Source of the DNA: the human T2T-CHM13v2.0 reference genome, Homo sapiens
Reading direction: 5' to 3' (one strand)
DNA length: 64,000 bases
Assembly (NCBI RefSeq): GCF_009914755.1
Contig: NC_060927.1
In this document: one piece after another, positions 51,607 to 64,000 of the stretch
Position numbering within the stretch: position 1 is the first letter of the stretch
Layout of the letters: the number at the start of each line of letters is the position of its first letter
Position numbers and translations under genes: made by a program
Notes under the pieces: model-generated
What the model was told of the DNA's origin: nothing
The model's input: only the letters and a program-made list of their open reading frames with translations
Database searches by the model: none

Positions 51607-52412
51607 GTTTTTAAATAATAACTTTATTGATGTATAATCATCTACCATACAAGTCACTCATTTAAAATTTACAGTTTAATGGTTTTTAATATGTTCAGAT
51701 TTGTACAATACTTTTACCTCAATTAACTTTAAAATATTTTCACTATGCCTCCCAAAAAAAAAAAAAAAAAACCATTGCCATTAGCAGTCAATCTCCTTCC
51801 ATTTCCCTCAGCATCATCAGTCCTAGGAAATAATTAATCTGCTTTATGCTTCTACTGATTTGCCTATTCTTTATAGATAGATAGATACATAGATAGATAG
51901 ACAGATAGATGATAGACTCTTGTAATATGTAGTCTTTTGTGACTAAATTATTTCACATAAAATAATGTTTTTAAAATTTATACATATATGTAGCATGTAT
52001 CAGTGCTTAATTTTTTATAGAGTCAAATCATATTTTATTATATAAATATATCACATTTTATTTATTCATCAATTGATGAATATTCAGTTTGATGACATTT
52101 TGGGCTTATATGAATAATGCTGCTATAAACATTTTGTGCACACGTTTTTGTGTGGATTTTTGTTTTCAATTTTCTTGTGTATATACTAGAGTGGAAATTG
52201 TTGGGTTGTATGATAACTCCATGTATAAACTTTGGGGAACTGACAATTGTTTTCCAAAGCAGTTGCAAAATTTTACATATCTGCTGGAAGTATATGAGGG
52301 TTTTGATTTCTCTGCATCCCCCTCAACACTTGGTATTATTTGATTTTCAATTCTAGTAGGTGTGAGTTGGTATCTTGTTGTGGTTTTTGATTTGCATTTC
52401 TCTGGTGGCAAT
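51607..52412 (-). mobile_element. L1MB-like 3' end with (TAGA)n
   Basis: ctttattgatgtataat...tgaataatgctgctataaacatt; ORFs 52062-52411 resemble the ORF2 C-terminus; (TAGA)n at about 51873-51915. Confidence 0.8.
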
Positions 52413-53639
52413 TGCTTACCACCAAACTTGAATTGTTTTAGAGTATCCTGATCTCTTTAACTTAACTCAGAGTGAACTTACCCAAGTTTTATCTGTTCCA
52501 AATAAAATCATTTTCCTTAGGAAAAGCTTTATAGTGCTGTGTTTACATGACATGGCTGAGGTCCCAGCCATGGGAGACCTTTTCTCTCTGTCTGAGAAAG
52601 AGAGTCCCAGAAATAATGATTATTCATTCTTGGGAGAGAACTTCTGCAACACAGAGCTGGGGTAGATGAGAAATGCTGGTGGTCTGCCCCTCTGGTGAGA
52701 TACTGTAGCCCTTGACAGGAAAGTTGGGGAAAAGGAACACTATCTCCTTGCTTTTATACACCCAGTGTAAAGCTTTGGCCATGCTGACTTAGGGAGGTAA
52801 TAAAGGAAGCTGGTCATATCTCAAGTATTATGGACTACTGCTGTTCTTATGGAGATTTAAATTTTCTAGTTTCTTTTTACCTTGTATCGCTTCAGGACAA
52901 TTTTCAGAGACTTTACATGTTTTCTTTGTTTTTCTACTTTTTACGAGTTTTGGTTGTTTAAATGGAAAGCATATGCACAACGAAACAAACTTGAACAGCT
53001 ACTCCAGAAGTCACCTTCCAAATTTGGATTTCTTTCCTCCACAAAAGAATAAATGATTAAGATGCTTAAAAATACTTAAGCAGCTAAATTCTATCTCAGA
53101 TGTATCTGTTAACTGTATGTGATTTTATGTTTTATTTTTAAATAACATTTTATAAACTGTAAGAAATATTTTAAAAGTTTATAAATGTTGTATGGATTAA
53201 TAATTTATGAAAAAAACCACAAAAACTTAGTAGCCACTTCCTAGGATAAACATAGAAACATATATTTGTTTTGGATTTGAAAATTTCAATGGCCTGGACA
53301 TATACAATTTTCATAAAGTGGAAGTATGTAGAAAGCGTTTTCCTTCATTTTATTGTGTCAGGTTTAAATAGACTTTTAAAGAATAACAGAAACTATGGTT
53401 GAAAATATAAATATCTACTTTCATGTTCAGCACTAACAGACACAGTTTGAAAGTTATGACTCCTGTATTATATCAAAAAATTAGAAAAAAATCAATGTCT
53501 TGAACATGTCAGAAAAAATGAGATCACAGGGCAAATTGCTAGCCTTGAAATGTAGAGAGATAGGTATATGCAAAAAGATGTGGCAATTGATATCTGTTTA
53601 TTTGCAGCAAAAACTTCTGGAACAATAAGCTAATAGGAA

Positions 53640-56190
53640 CTCTGTTGGTTTGTTCTTTTTTTCTCTTTGTATTTAAGTTTTAAACCTCTTTTCTTCTATA
53701 TTCAAGCTCATGATTATTTTCATAATTTTTTCAGTCTACGGAGGAGCTCATCAAAGACATTCTTGATTTCTGTATTTTTTTTGTAATTTCTAGCATTTCC
53801 TTTGACTTTTTTTCTGAACACGTCCATCTCCCTTCTCATACTACACATCTGTTCTTACATGTTGTTAACATTTTTCATTAGAGCCCTTAATATATTAGCT
53901 GTAGTTATTTTTAATTACTTGTCTCATAAATTCAAAGTCAATGTCATATGTGAATCTGGTTCTTTTTTTTTTCCATTTTAATTTGTAGATATTTTCTTTT
54001 TTATTTATTTATTTATTTATTTTTATTATTATACTTTAAGTTTTAGGGTACATGTGCACATTGTGCAGGTTAGTTACATATGTATACATGTGCCATGCTG
54101 GTGCGCTGCACCCACTAACTCGTCATCTAGCATTAGGTATATCTCCCAATGCTATCCCTCCCCCACTCCCCCCCACCCCACAACAGTCCCCAGAGTGTGA
54201 TATTCCCCTTCCTGTGTCCATGTGATCTCATTGTTCAATTCCCACCTATGAGTGAGAATATGCGGTGTTTGATTTTTTGTTCTTGCGATAGTTTACTGAG
54301 AATGATGATTTCCAATTTCATCCATGTCCCTACAAAGGACATGAACTCATCATTTTTTATGGCTGCATAGTATTCCATGGTGTATATGTGCCATATTTTC
54401 TTAATCCAATCTATCATTGTTGGACATTTGGGTTGGTTCCCAGTCTTTGCTATTGTGATAATGCCGCAATAAACATATGTGTGCATGTGTCTTTATAGCA
54501 GCATGATTTATAGTCCTTTGGGTATATACCCAGTAATGGGATGGCTGGGTCAAATGGTATTTCTAGTTCTAGATCCCTGAGGAATCGCCACACTGACTTC
54601 CACAATGGTTGAACTAGTTTACAGTCCCACCAACAGTGTAAAAGTGTTCCTATTTCTCCACACCCTCTCCAGCACCTGTTGTTTCCTGACTTTTTAATGA
54701 CTGCCATTCTAACTGGTGTGAGATGGTATCTCATTGTGGTTTTGATTTGCATTTCTCTGATGGCCAGTGATGGTGAGCATTTTTTCATGTGTTTTTTGTC
54801 TGCATAAATGTCTTCTTTTGAGAAGTGTCTGTTCATGTCCTTCACCCACTTTTTGATGGGGTTGTTTGTTTTTTTCTTGTAAATTTGTTTGAGTTCATTG
54901 TAGATTCTGGATATTAGCCCTTTGTCAGATGAGTAGGTTGTGAAAATTTTCTCCCATTTTGTAGGTTGCCTGTTCACTCTGATGGTAGTTTCTTTTGCTG
55001 TGCAGAAGCTCTTTAGTTTAATTAGATCCCATTTGTCAATTTTGTCTTTTGTTGCCATTGCTTTTGGTGTTTTAGACATGAAGTCCTGGCCCATGCCTAT
55101 GTCCTGAATGGTAATGCCTAGGTTTTCTTCTAGGGTTTTTATGGTTTTAGGTCTAACGTTTAAGTCTTTAATCCATCTTGAATTGATTTCTGTATAAGGT
55201 GTAAGGAAGCGATTGGTTCTGATGCGTCCTATGCATCTTCAGACTGTACTTGGCTTTTAGAATGACTAGTAATTTTACTGTTGAAAGCTGTTCATTTTGT
55301 ATCAGGTAACAAGAACTGAGAAAATAAGCTTTTTTGTAAGGATCGATGTTACTGTGGCTAGGAGTTGACCTGTTTTCTGTAGCCATAGATGCCAGCAATT
55401 TCAACTATATGTATTTGTCTATCTTGTTGTCTTTGGGATTCACTAAGTACTTCCCTTAAGGGAGAGTATTTTTCCTGAAGCTCTTTTCTCTGTAATCCAC
55501 TGTTATTGTATTGGAGGCATCATAATTAATGGTAAAGGGATGACTAAAGGGAAGCATTCTATAATCTTATGACTAGATCCATCATTTAATGGCCTATTAT
55601 TTGAGGCACAGTCCTCTACAGTGTTTCTTAGCTCATTTTACCCTTTTATGTAAAACAGAAAGGTTAAAAGGGGCTGCAGTCAGAGCAATGTTTCTCCTTC
55701 ATGTCAGATCAGACTTTGTTAAAATCTTTTTCCTTAGAAAGTAGGCCTTTCTTAGGAAGAACACAATGAGCATATTTCACAATGGTTGATGTTTCTCTTT
55801 TTCTTCCAGTACAGTGAGGATATCTTTCCTGATTCTTCACTTAGTGGAGTTTCTCATGATAACATTCACTAAAGAGTTGTGGGCATCCTAAGGGGGCAAG
55901 TTTCTCACTCTCACATTAGTTCACACTCAGCCTCCAGTAATTCTTTAAAATGTCATTTAAAGGTTTCTACCAGTTCTTGGATTAGCGAGATCTATTTCAG
56001 ATATGCAGATCTTGGCTAGGACTAAAGAATTTCTCTCTCTCCAAATACTAGGATGGTAGATTGCTCTGCAACCTTACTTATGTGATGGGTTCAAAAAATG
56101 TAAATAATTTTCTATTTGCTCAGCTTTAAAATAATTAAGTGAAGTAACAACTTCAGAAGCTCTTTACATGTTGGTGTTGAAATTGAAATT
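53640..56190 (-). mobile_element. Old L1M (L1ME/L1M4-like) ORF1/5' region; host of the L1PA2
   Basis: tctggttct|gatgc...cttcagactgt is continuous across the L1PA2; 5'-end-like caacttcagaagctctttacatg. Confidence 0.6.
53964..55213 (-). mobile_element. 5'-truncated L1PA2 (about 1.2 kb) with a double tail
   Basis: cacattgtgcagg; sense gatgacGAGttagtggg (not the Ta ACA or pre-Ta ACG diagnostic); ORF2 C-terminal ORFs 54235-55094; TSD tggttct at 53957-53963 and 55214-55220. Confidence 0.95.
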
Positions 56191-56194
56191 CTTA

Positions 56195-57080
56195 ATAATC
56201 ACTTTAGATATAGTTGTGTAAGCATCCAAATAAAAGATAAGGATTATCAGAGTGCATAAGTGAAAATAATTCTGTTCTTTATTTAAAAGCTCATTTTAAA
56301 TGTAAATACTCAGACAGATTAAAAGTAGAAGAACAATAAAAAATATACCATGCTAACAGTAATCAAAGAAAGCTAGAATAGCTATATAAATTTCGGAACA
56401 GAGTTCAAATGAAGTTAATCAAGAATAAAGAGCATGATGTTAACGGGGTCAGTTGTCCAAGAAAGCATAATGATTCAAGGCATCTCTGCTTTTAAAACAG
56501 TACTTCAAAATATATATGTTTAAAAAAATCCCGATAGAGTTTAATGGAAAAATATAGAAATCCCTGTGATAGTTGGTGACTTCCCTACCTTTTGTCAATA
56601 ATTGATATAAAAAAGGGCAGAACATTTATAATTATACAGAAGACACAAATAGCACTTTAAGTCAACATGATATAATTGACATTTATAGACATTCAATCCA
56701 AAGCAGCAGAATATACATTTTTTTCAAGCTCACATTGAACAATTACAAAGGTATAACAACTGAGATATTGAACACATCTTAAGAAATTTAAAAGAATAAA
56801 AATAATATAATGTATTTTTTAAAACAGAAGTTTATTAGAAAGGAACCAAGAAGAGGTAGTTGGAAAAGTCCCCAACATTAAGAAATAAACACATTTCTAA
56901 ATAATTCAAGGGTTAAAAAGAAGTCTTAAGAGAAATACATACACACATACACATATAAATGAAGAACAAAATCAAATGTATTAAAATTAGTTGGATGCTA
57001 TGAAAGCAGTACTGAAATGAAAATTATTAAATGCATATATTAGGAAGAAGCATCTAAAATTAATAATCAAAGCTTCTATT
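56195..57080 (+). mobile_element. Old L1M ORF2 endonuclease-region fragment
   Basis: aaatataccatgctaacagtaatcaaagaaagct; ttgacatttatagacattc...agcagaatatacattttttcaagctcaca. Confidence 0.75.
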
Positions 57081-59099
57081 TCGGGATTCTAGGACCCAAA
57101 TATGTTGGTAAACTATTATATCCTCTAGCCTAGCTTGGAAGAAAGAGCAGTTTGAAGCAGCCAGAAAGTACTTTATAGCTTTATCTGCTACATTTAAACC
57201 TCAGACAGATGCAGAGATGAAGGCGAAAGACAAAAATCTCTGTCTTCAAATATATTACTAAGTAGGTGAGGGTTAGTATGCTATTATCTTCATGCCACAT
57301 TCAGCCTTTAAAATATTTTTGTTGTTATTGTTGTTGTTATTTGTTCGTTTGTTATTTTAGCCCTATTTCAAACTTTTAAAACCCGGTAAGTCACAAATCC
57401 TGTCACATACATTTGTTTCAGTGAATTTCACATTAAACTGTTATTTGTTGCTAGTTTCTATACAATGGTTTAAAATGAAGCTGCCCGCCTGTGCTCTGAG
57501 ATGGGGAGCAGCAATTGAATGATTATCCACAGGAGGGTTATCGTGAAAAAGCAGCAGCAATCACTGAAAAAGTGCTCCCAACTTTATAAAAATAACTATA
57601 ACTGTTAAAGGTCATCTTTTGTAATAAAGCTTTACAAATATATTACAAGTTCATTATTTACAATATAAATTATCTCCCTTAAAGATCTCTGTTAAGGGTT
57701 TCAAAATAGGTCAAGCCATTTTTCCTAACACAAACTGTACAAAAAATTAATAATTATGCTCATTTACACACTTAGCCTATGATTTGAAAGTCAAGTTATT
57801 TTATTTTTATTGAATACGACAGTTTTTTGAACTTAAAGTTAATTGTTAAATAGTGTAGAATAATAACATATGTCTGATTTAGAATTTGTATATAAAACTT
57901 AAGAAATGTTTGAAATAGAAGAGCAACATTTTTCATAGAGGTAAGATTTGAAATAAGAAAGTTCCAACTTTGAAAGTATTATCAAGTTATACTGCTGGGA
58001 CTGAAGATACAAATATTTTAATGTTTAGAATGACAATAGGATTAAAGTGGTATCAAACTTCAAAAATAATCAGGAAGTTTAAATATGTTAATTTTGGAAG
58101 AAAATGAGTAAGATGGTAATTGTTGCTCATATAAATGTCTAGCACGACTGCTTTTGGGGGTTAATCCTTTAAAAAGCCCTATGTGAAACAAACAATTTCA
58201 GAAAATGAATAAGATAAGAAATAATTTATTATTCAGTCTAGCTTGTCAAATACAATCTAAAAATAAATAAAATACTTACGAAAATAAGCTAAGTACCACA
58301 AAAAATTATCAAATTGAAATTATCAAATTGAAACAAAATTATAACGGAAATATTAGCAATTTACAACAGTGCTGGCAAACATTAAGAAACAATCAGTATA
58401 TATACATTATACCTATTAAGCTTTAGATAATATTTTATGTTACATAGATGTTGATTAACATGATGAAACAATAACCAGATAATCCTTAATTGGGAAAAAA
58501 ATTATAGAGGGGCTGTGGGTAAGAGCTTTGGCACATTTGTGTTGATGATACTTACAAGTTTTTGTTGCATCTCTTTATTTCCAATTCTGATTTGTAATTT
58601 TTTACATGGACATGCTATTTATAGGTACACAAAATAGAAATCTCCTGATTTTTTGTCACTGAAATTTATCATTAAATACATTTAATTCAGTAATAACTTA
58701 TAAAAGCTAGATCTATATCTTGAAACTTTTGAGGAAAATATGGCAATGGATTGTTAACAGGTGTGTTACCAAGATCTTGCACATTATGCAAAAGGCCATA
58801 GACATTAATATTGTATATTTTTAGTAAATGATTAGTGATAGTATATTTAGTAATTTTCCCTGTGCATAAGAAATAATTTCTGATTATTTTCAAATAATTA
58901 AATTATATATTTTACTTATTAACAGCCAAGTTGTCTAAAAGAAGGTAAGTTTCAGGAATGTGTAAAAAATTAGTTTTGTCAAGGAGCTACCTCCATTATA
59001 GAGGATAAGACTTTGCATTATTTTATTGGAATATTTAAGGACAAGAATAATTGTTAAGTATTTAAAAATTGACTCCCAGACACCAGATATTTGGAACAC

Positions 59100-60000
59100 A
59101 CAGACACTAACATTTTACTGTTAACTAAGTTCTTTTGGAGAACTTTAGTTCTGATTTATGCTTATGTTATTTTTGTCTTTTTGGCAAGACAGATTTTAAA
59201 CACTCTTAATAAAGAAATCTCACTGCCAGAAACAGCGTTCTAAGTAGATTACATGTTCTGACTTCCTTGCTTTCTTTGGTTCCAGATAATGTTCCAAGCT
59301 CAGTTCTTTGACATCTCTATTTACTCTCATAAGCTACAAAAATATCTCTCTGTTGAAGTCTTCCGTGTTTAAGTTAGGAATACATAGTTTCTTTTATGTG
59401 TAACCAATAAACTGGACTCATATAGAAATTGGTACCAGTAGGGAATTATAGATAAAAAAATATACTAACAAACATTACCTGGTCTTTTAGGAACTGAATG
59501 TGATGAAAGTACTAAGGGAAAATACAGAAAATAATCAGGAATGAGACCCGGGCAACCCAAGTCATTCCATGTCAAAATAGCTAATTAAATAATTGGCTGT
59601 TGTCATCTTAAATGAAATCACATTGAAAGCAAGGCTTTCAAGGACTCATCCAGCATTGCCATAAATGTTATGTAATGCAAGGATTGTGAATTGAAGTGTT
59701 CACATCAAATTTTGATAGGCAGTCTGAAAAAAGAGAATCACAAGACTGAATCTATAAATTGTCTAGTTCAAAGCAGAAACTGAGAAGCTGGACTTCCTGT
59801 GAACATGCTAAAAGCTTTTCTTTTGAGCTGCAGGGCTGTGGTAGCCAAAAGCAAATGCAAGGTCTGATCTTTCAGAATGCCAATTTATAATCTCAGTAGA
59901 CTTTAGAGTTTCACTAAGCACAAGATAAGGAATTTCTTAAGAAACTTTCAGACCCTGAGAATTCAAAAAATTTTATATGAGAGAATTGTAAGGACATTGA
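59100..60000 (+). mobile_element. Possible old MLT1 LTR plus internal fragment
   Basis: LTR-end-like tgtaaccaataaactggactcata followed by gaaattggtaccag; highly diverged. Confidence 0.4.
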
Positions 60001-60869
60001 CTATTCCAAACCACAGTCCCCTGTGAGTCTCACTTGTCTTCTAAACCTGATTTATTCTCTTGCTAAAAGATGTTCTAATTTTCTAAAATGAGAAAAATAC
60101 CGTCCAGAAAGAATAAAAGCAAATTATCCTTATGGCACACGTTTCCTATTCTTTGACTTTGTCTTTTTTTCCCCTAGAAATATAATTAAAGTTATATTTC
60201 AGCATGCGCTGTGTTCATTTACAAAGTCAAACCTAAGATATATGACACATAATTAAATACTTTTAATTAATATCAGCCAAAATTTGGATAATACATGGTA
60301 GAAATCAATTCTTAGAAAAAGCCAAATACACAAAAATATAGTTTTAGTTGCAGCTATGAAGATAAATATATGGGTACACTGATATTTATTGAATTGAATG
60401 TAGTAGTTTATACAGCTGACACTGTTCCTATAATTTCCCCAGATGGGCACTAAAGTGATGCAAACTAAGTGATTTTTAGATTATATATATTCCTGAAATA
60501 ATGTATAGATAAGTATGAAATCTTACCTCCTAACTCTGCAAATATGTTATCTCAAATTATTCTAGAAGCTATATCCTTCATCAAGGCTTGAGAAAAATAC
60601 TGACTTTGAGTCAACCTACATCTTTGAAAAGTATTTAATGTATGTTTTCTGAAGACTAGGGTTGCTTGAGTGAGATGTAATAGTTGAAATGGTCACTAGT
60701 TTTTTTTTTGTTTGTTTTTGTTTTGGTAAGGGCAAGATCTCATAACACATACACTCAAGTATTAGAGTTAGCAATATCGAGGCAAAGTAGGAATAATTAG
60801 CAGAATAGGCAGCAAATCTAGCATGGCTACCGGAAAAGTCTAACATCAAAATATGTTTTGAATCAACTA

Positions 60870-61500
60870 ATTTATCATAAGATGTCCAAGACCTGAAAAG
60901 ATGAGCAGCTGACAAATGTCCATCTTAATTTCTATAAATGAAAAATTCTAGTTCCAATGAATACAGTCACTATTATAAAGTCACTAACTTTTAAGAGCTC
61001 TGTCATAAATCTCCCCATGCTGAACAACTTGAATGAAGAAGAGTTGTTGAAATAACACCACAGTTACATTCAGTGAATATTTTCTCCAAGTCTCCCTGAC
61101 AGTGGCCAGTGGATATTAAATAAGGTAATCATAGTAGAAAAGTAAATACCCAATATTTAAATGACTGGACAGTAAAAACTGACAGAAAGTAATTTTTGAC
61201 AACCCATAAAACAATTTTGGTTTATTACTCAGAATGGAAGCTTATGGATAGTCACTAATTTTAACCAATATGCACCTTTCAATAGACTCAATATGGTCTA
61301 GATCTAAACAAATTATCTATGGTGGCTCCCAGATCCACAGGGTTAAAAATATGATGGCAAATTTAGCAAGCCAGGATCATTGGAACTTCTTTCCTACCAG
61401 AAGAAAGCAAGCCCATGATCCTGAGGGCTGCAAAACCATTACAGTTTTGAAAAATGCTTCAGTGTCATAATGAGTTATAACACCTCCCTGAATAGATTTT
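60870..61500 (+). mobile_element. Possible CR1/L3 RT-region fragment
   Basis: Weak resemblance to the NVxPIFKKG...NYRP coding segment (caaatgtccatcttaatttctataaa...gaatacagtcac). Confidence 0.3.
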
Positions 61501-61836
61501 ATAATTTGACTATAGGTGTATCTTGGGGATGGAAGATAAATTATTATAAAAAGTTTGATATAATGGCAACTCTTAATTGCAGCTGCTGTTCCAGATCTTT
61601 ATTGAAATTCTTCAGCATATACAAATCCTATATTTAGAGTGCAGTTATGATGTGTCAAAGGTTTATTTTCTCTGTGATAGCAATTCTCAAAGAATGGTCT
61701 GTGGGACCATGATGGTCCCCAGAAGCTACCTGAGGGTCTGTGAGGACAAAACTACAGTAACATAATATTAATAGATTATTTGTCTTTTTTATTTTGATGA
61801 CACTTACACTAATGGTGTCTAAAAATTAGTGGGTGA

Positions 61837-62145
61837 GGCCAGGCACTGTGGCTCATGCCTGTAATTCTAGCACTTTGGGAGGCCGAGGTGAGCGAATCAT
61901 CTGAGGTCAGGAGTTGGAGATCAGTCTGGCCAACATGGCGAAACCCTGTCTCTACTAAAAATACAAAAATTAGCCAGGCATGGTGGTGGGCGCCCATAAT
62001 TCCAGCTACTCGGGAGGGCTGAGGCTGGAGAATCACTTGAACACAGCAGGCAGAGGTGACAGTGAGCCAAGATCATGCCATTGAACTCCAGCCTGGGTGA
62101 CCAGAGCAAAACTCCATCTCAAATAAATAAATAAATAAATAAAAT
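61837..62145 (+). mobile_element. Full-length AluS (Sx-like) with (AAAT)n tail
   Basis: ggccaggcactgtggctcatgcc...actccatctc; TSD aaaat(t)agtgg(g/a)tga on both sides. Confidence 0.95.
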
Positions 62146-63234
62146 AAAATAGTGGATGAAACTGTTGGCACATTAGCATGCATCAATATGGTGGCCCTTA
62201 AGTTGGGAATACTAGCATGGTATTTGAAGCTGGATATAAATGGATCAATGCTTTTTGGGTTCTAAAGAATATGATGTTTAACCCTGGGTGATTTTTTTTC
62301 CAAACAAGTTGTCCCTGAAGCAAACAGGTAAGAAATATAATTCTCAAACTCTGCAGAAGGAAGATAATATGACACACATAATTGATCTAACAGTTTATCT
62401 TAATATAGAATTGCAGAAGTTTGCCACATACCCACTGTCTTCAGAAACCTTTAGCGAAACAGAGATGGCTGGGAGAAATTGAAAATCCACCAAGAGCTGA
62501 GGCAGCTTTTGCACCGCTTCTGACTTGGAGAACTATTTTTGGTGACTTTCCAACATTTCTGAAACATCAAGTAATGCAAGGGAGCACAGGAATTAATATT
62601 GAATTAATCATTCATTTCTGACATAATATTTTTAATTTAAATTAGTATTTGAAGTTTATTATTAGGAAAACATTTACATTTAGGTGGATTCCTTCTGCCT
62701 TCTTGAGTTAAAAATTTGATTCTAACTGCCATTAAATGTTGAATCCTTCTCCATCCTGAATCAGAAAACAGGCCAAGTTCAAGACATTTTTACAGACTTT
62801 CCAACTGATAGTAAAGTATAAATGTTTTCTAAGTAATATTGTTGGCAGCAATGCAAGTCTTATGGATATTCATTAGCATTTAAATTTTTTATTGCTATTA
62901 TATCAGAATACTTATTGTTAGATAATAAAATGAATTAATTTATTATTGTTAACTATTTTGAGCATTTAGGAAACTAAAAATTTGTTTTCCTTCTCCATTC
63001 TAGGTTTTATAATGTAATATAATTAATACTTTGTAGAATACTTAACATAAATGTGTTTGGAAATCATTATATCATGTGATTTATGATTTAATAACTGCAA
63101 GTGATTCATCATTTTCTCTACTAAAAATGAGAATTATTTTCCCATAAACATGTTTGATAAACATTAAATTTAACCTCTTTTATACAAAATGTATATTTCC
63201 TGAAGAAAAGGCTTTTCTATTTTTTCATTATAAC

Positions 63235-63530
63235 TTCACTGATATCTGATCTTATCCTTATTTTTTTTCCTTCTTCTTGCTTTAGGTTTATTTCGCTTTC
63301 CTTTTGCTAGGTTCCTGAAGTAGGACTTTAGAGTATTGATTTGAGACTTCAAATTTTCCAATATATGCATAGAGTGCTAAAACTTATTTCTTTAAGCATT
63401 TACTTAGTGTGTCTCCCAAATTCAGATAGGTGTATTTTTACTTTTATTTACAGCAGTCTATTTTTTCCCTGTGATGTATTTGTCTAGTTTTGGCTTCATA
63501 CTAATAATGTCCTCATAGAAAGAACTGAGC
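63235..63530 (-). mobile_element. Old L1M ORF2 fragments
   Basis: ttccttcttcttgctttaggtttatttcgc; ttgtctagttttggcttcatactaataatgtcctcatag. Confidence 0.6.
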
Positions 63531-63535
63531 ACATA

Positions 63536-63890
63536 TGTGGTAGAGTTATTCATTATTTTTTGCTCCATTTATACGACCATTGCATTATAAAATAAACATC
63601 TTTTTCTTTATTTGACAGAATGACAGAAACAGCAGTTCTCATCAATATTTTAACTGTCTCCCTATATTTTCAAACATCCATTCATCTAATTTGTGCTATG
63701 AACATAGCCAATGCAATGTAAACAGGAGTGAAGTTCTTAGGCATTACAAGGTCCTACACAACCCCTTGGCTCTATGTTCCTCTGTTGTGATGCCCGAAAA
63801 GACTTTGTGCTCCAGTTGGTACAGTCCCAAGTTAGTGGAACCTCAGTTAGGGTGGGTTTCTGATGAATTTTGTGGAGCAGATCCCTCTGG
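63536..63890 (+). mobile_element. Possible old MLT1-type LTR fragment
   Basis: tgtggtagag start; agccaatgcaatgtaaacaggagtga motif. Confidence 0.4.
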
Positions 63891-64000
63891 CATCCCACAT
63901 TGCACATATGCATTTATTTATTTTATTCATTGCTTGTGGGTTTTCTGTTTTTTCTGTCTTCTCAAGTAGAATATATGCTCTTTAAAAGTATAAGCCTTTT

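Noticed and set aside
53997-55213. Human-specific L1HS-Ta insertion
   Set aside because: The diagnostic site reads GAG rather than ACA or ACG, and there are several private substitutions
53410-57080. Single old L1 with an internal inversion
   Set aside because: The minus-strand segment appears to have its own 5' terminus near 56190, so separate elements are more likely; too diverged to resolve by eye

Overview
This is AT-rich, repeat-dense, gene-poor primate genomic DNA. An L1PA2 copy and AluS elements point to human or another African great ape. No host protein-coding gene is supported: all long ORFs are LINE-1 ORF1/ORF2 remnants or Alu-derived. Roughly half the window is L1, mostly on the minus strand. 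It includes two old L1MA-type copies, an L1PB carrying a MADE1, an Alu and a 5'-inverted L1PA3/4, a 5'-inverted L1PA7/8, and a 5'-truncated L1PA2 with an apparent short 3' transduction. Also present are five Alus, an ERV1 solo LTR nested in a related solo LTR, MaLR and MER57 LTR pieces, a U13 snoRNA retrocopy, L2/MIR/CR1 fragments, microsatellites and small duplications or hairpins. I found no evidence of a new biological system. The interesting signals are mechanistic footprints of retrotransposition and DNA repair. Subfamily names come from recalled consensus motifs and need RepeatMasker/Dfam confirmation.
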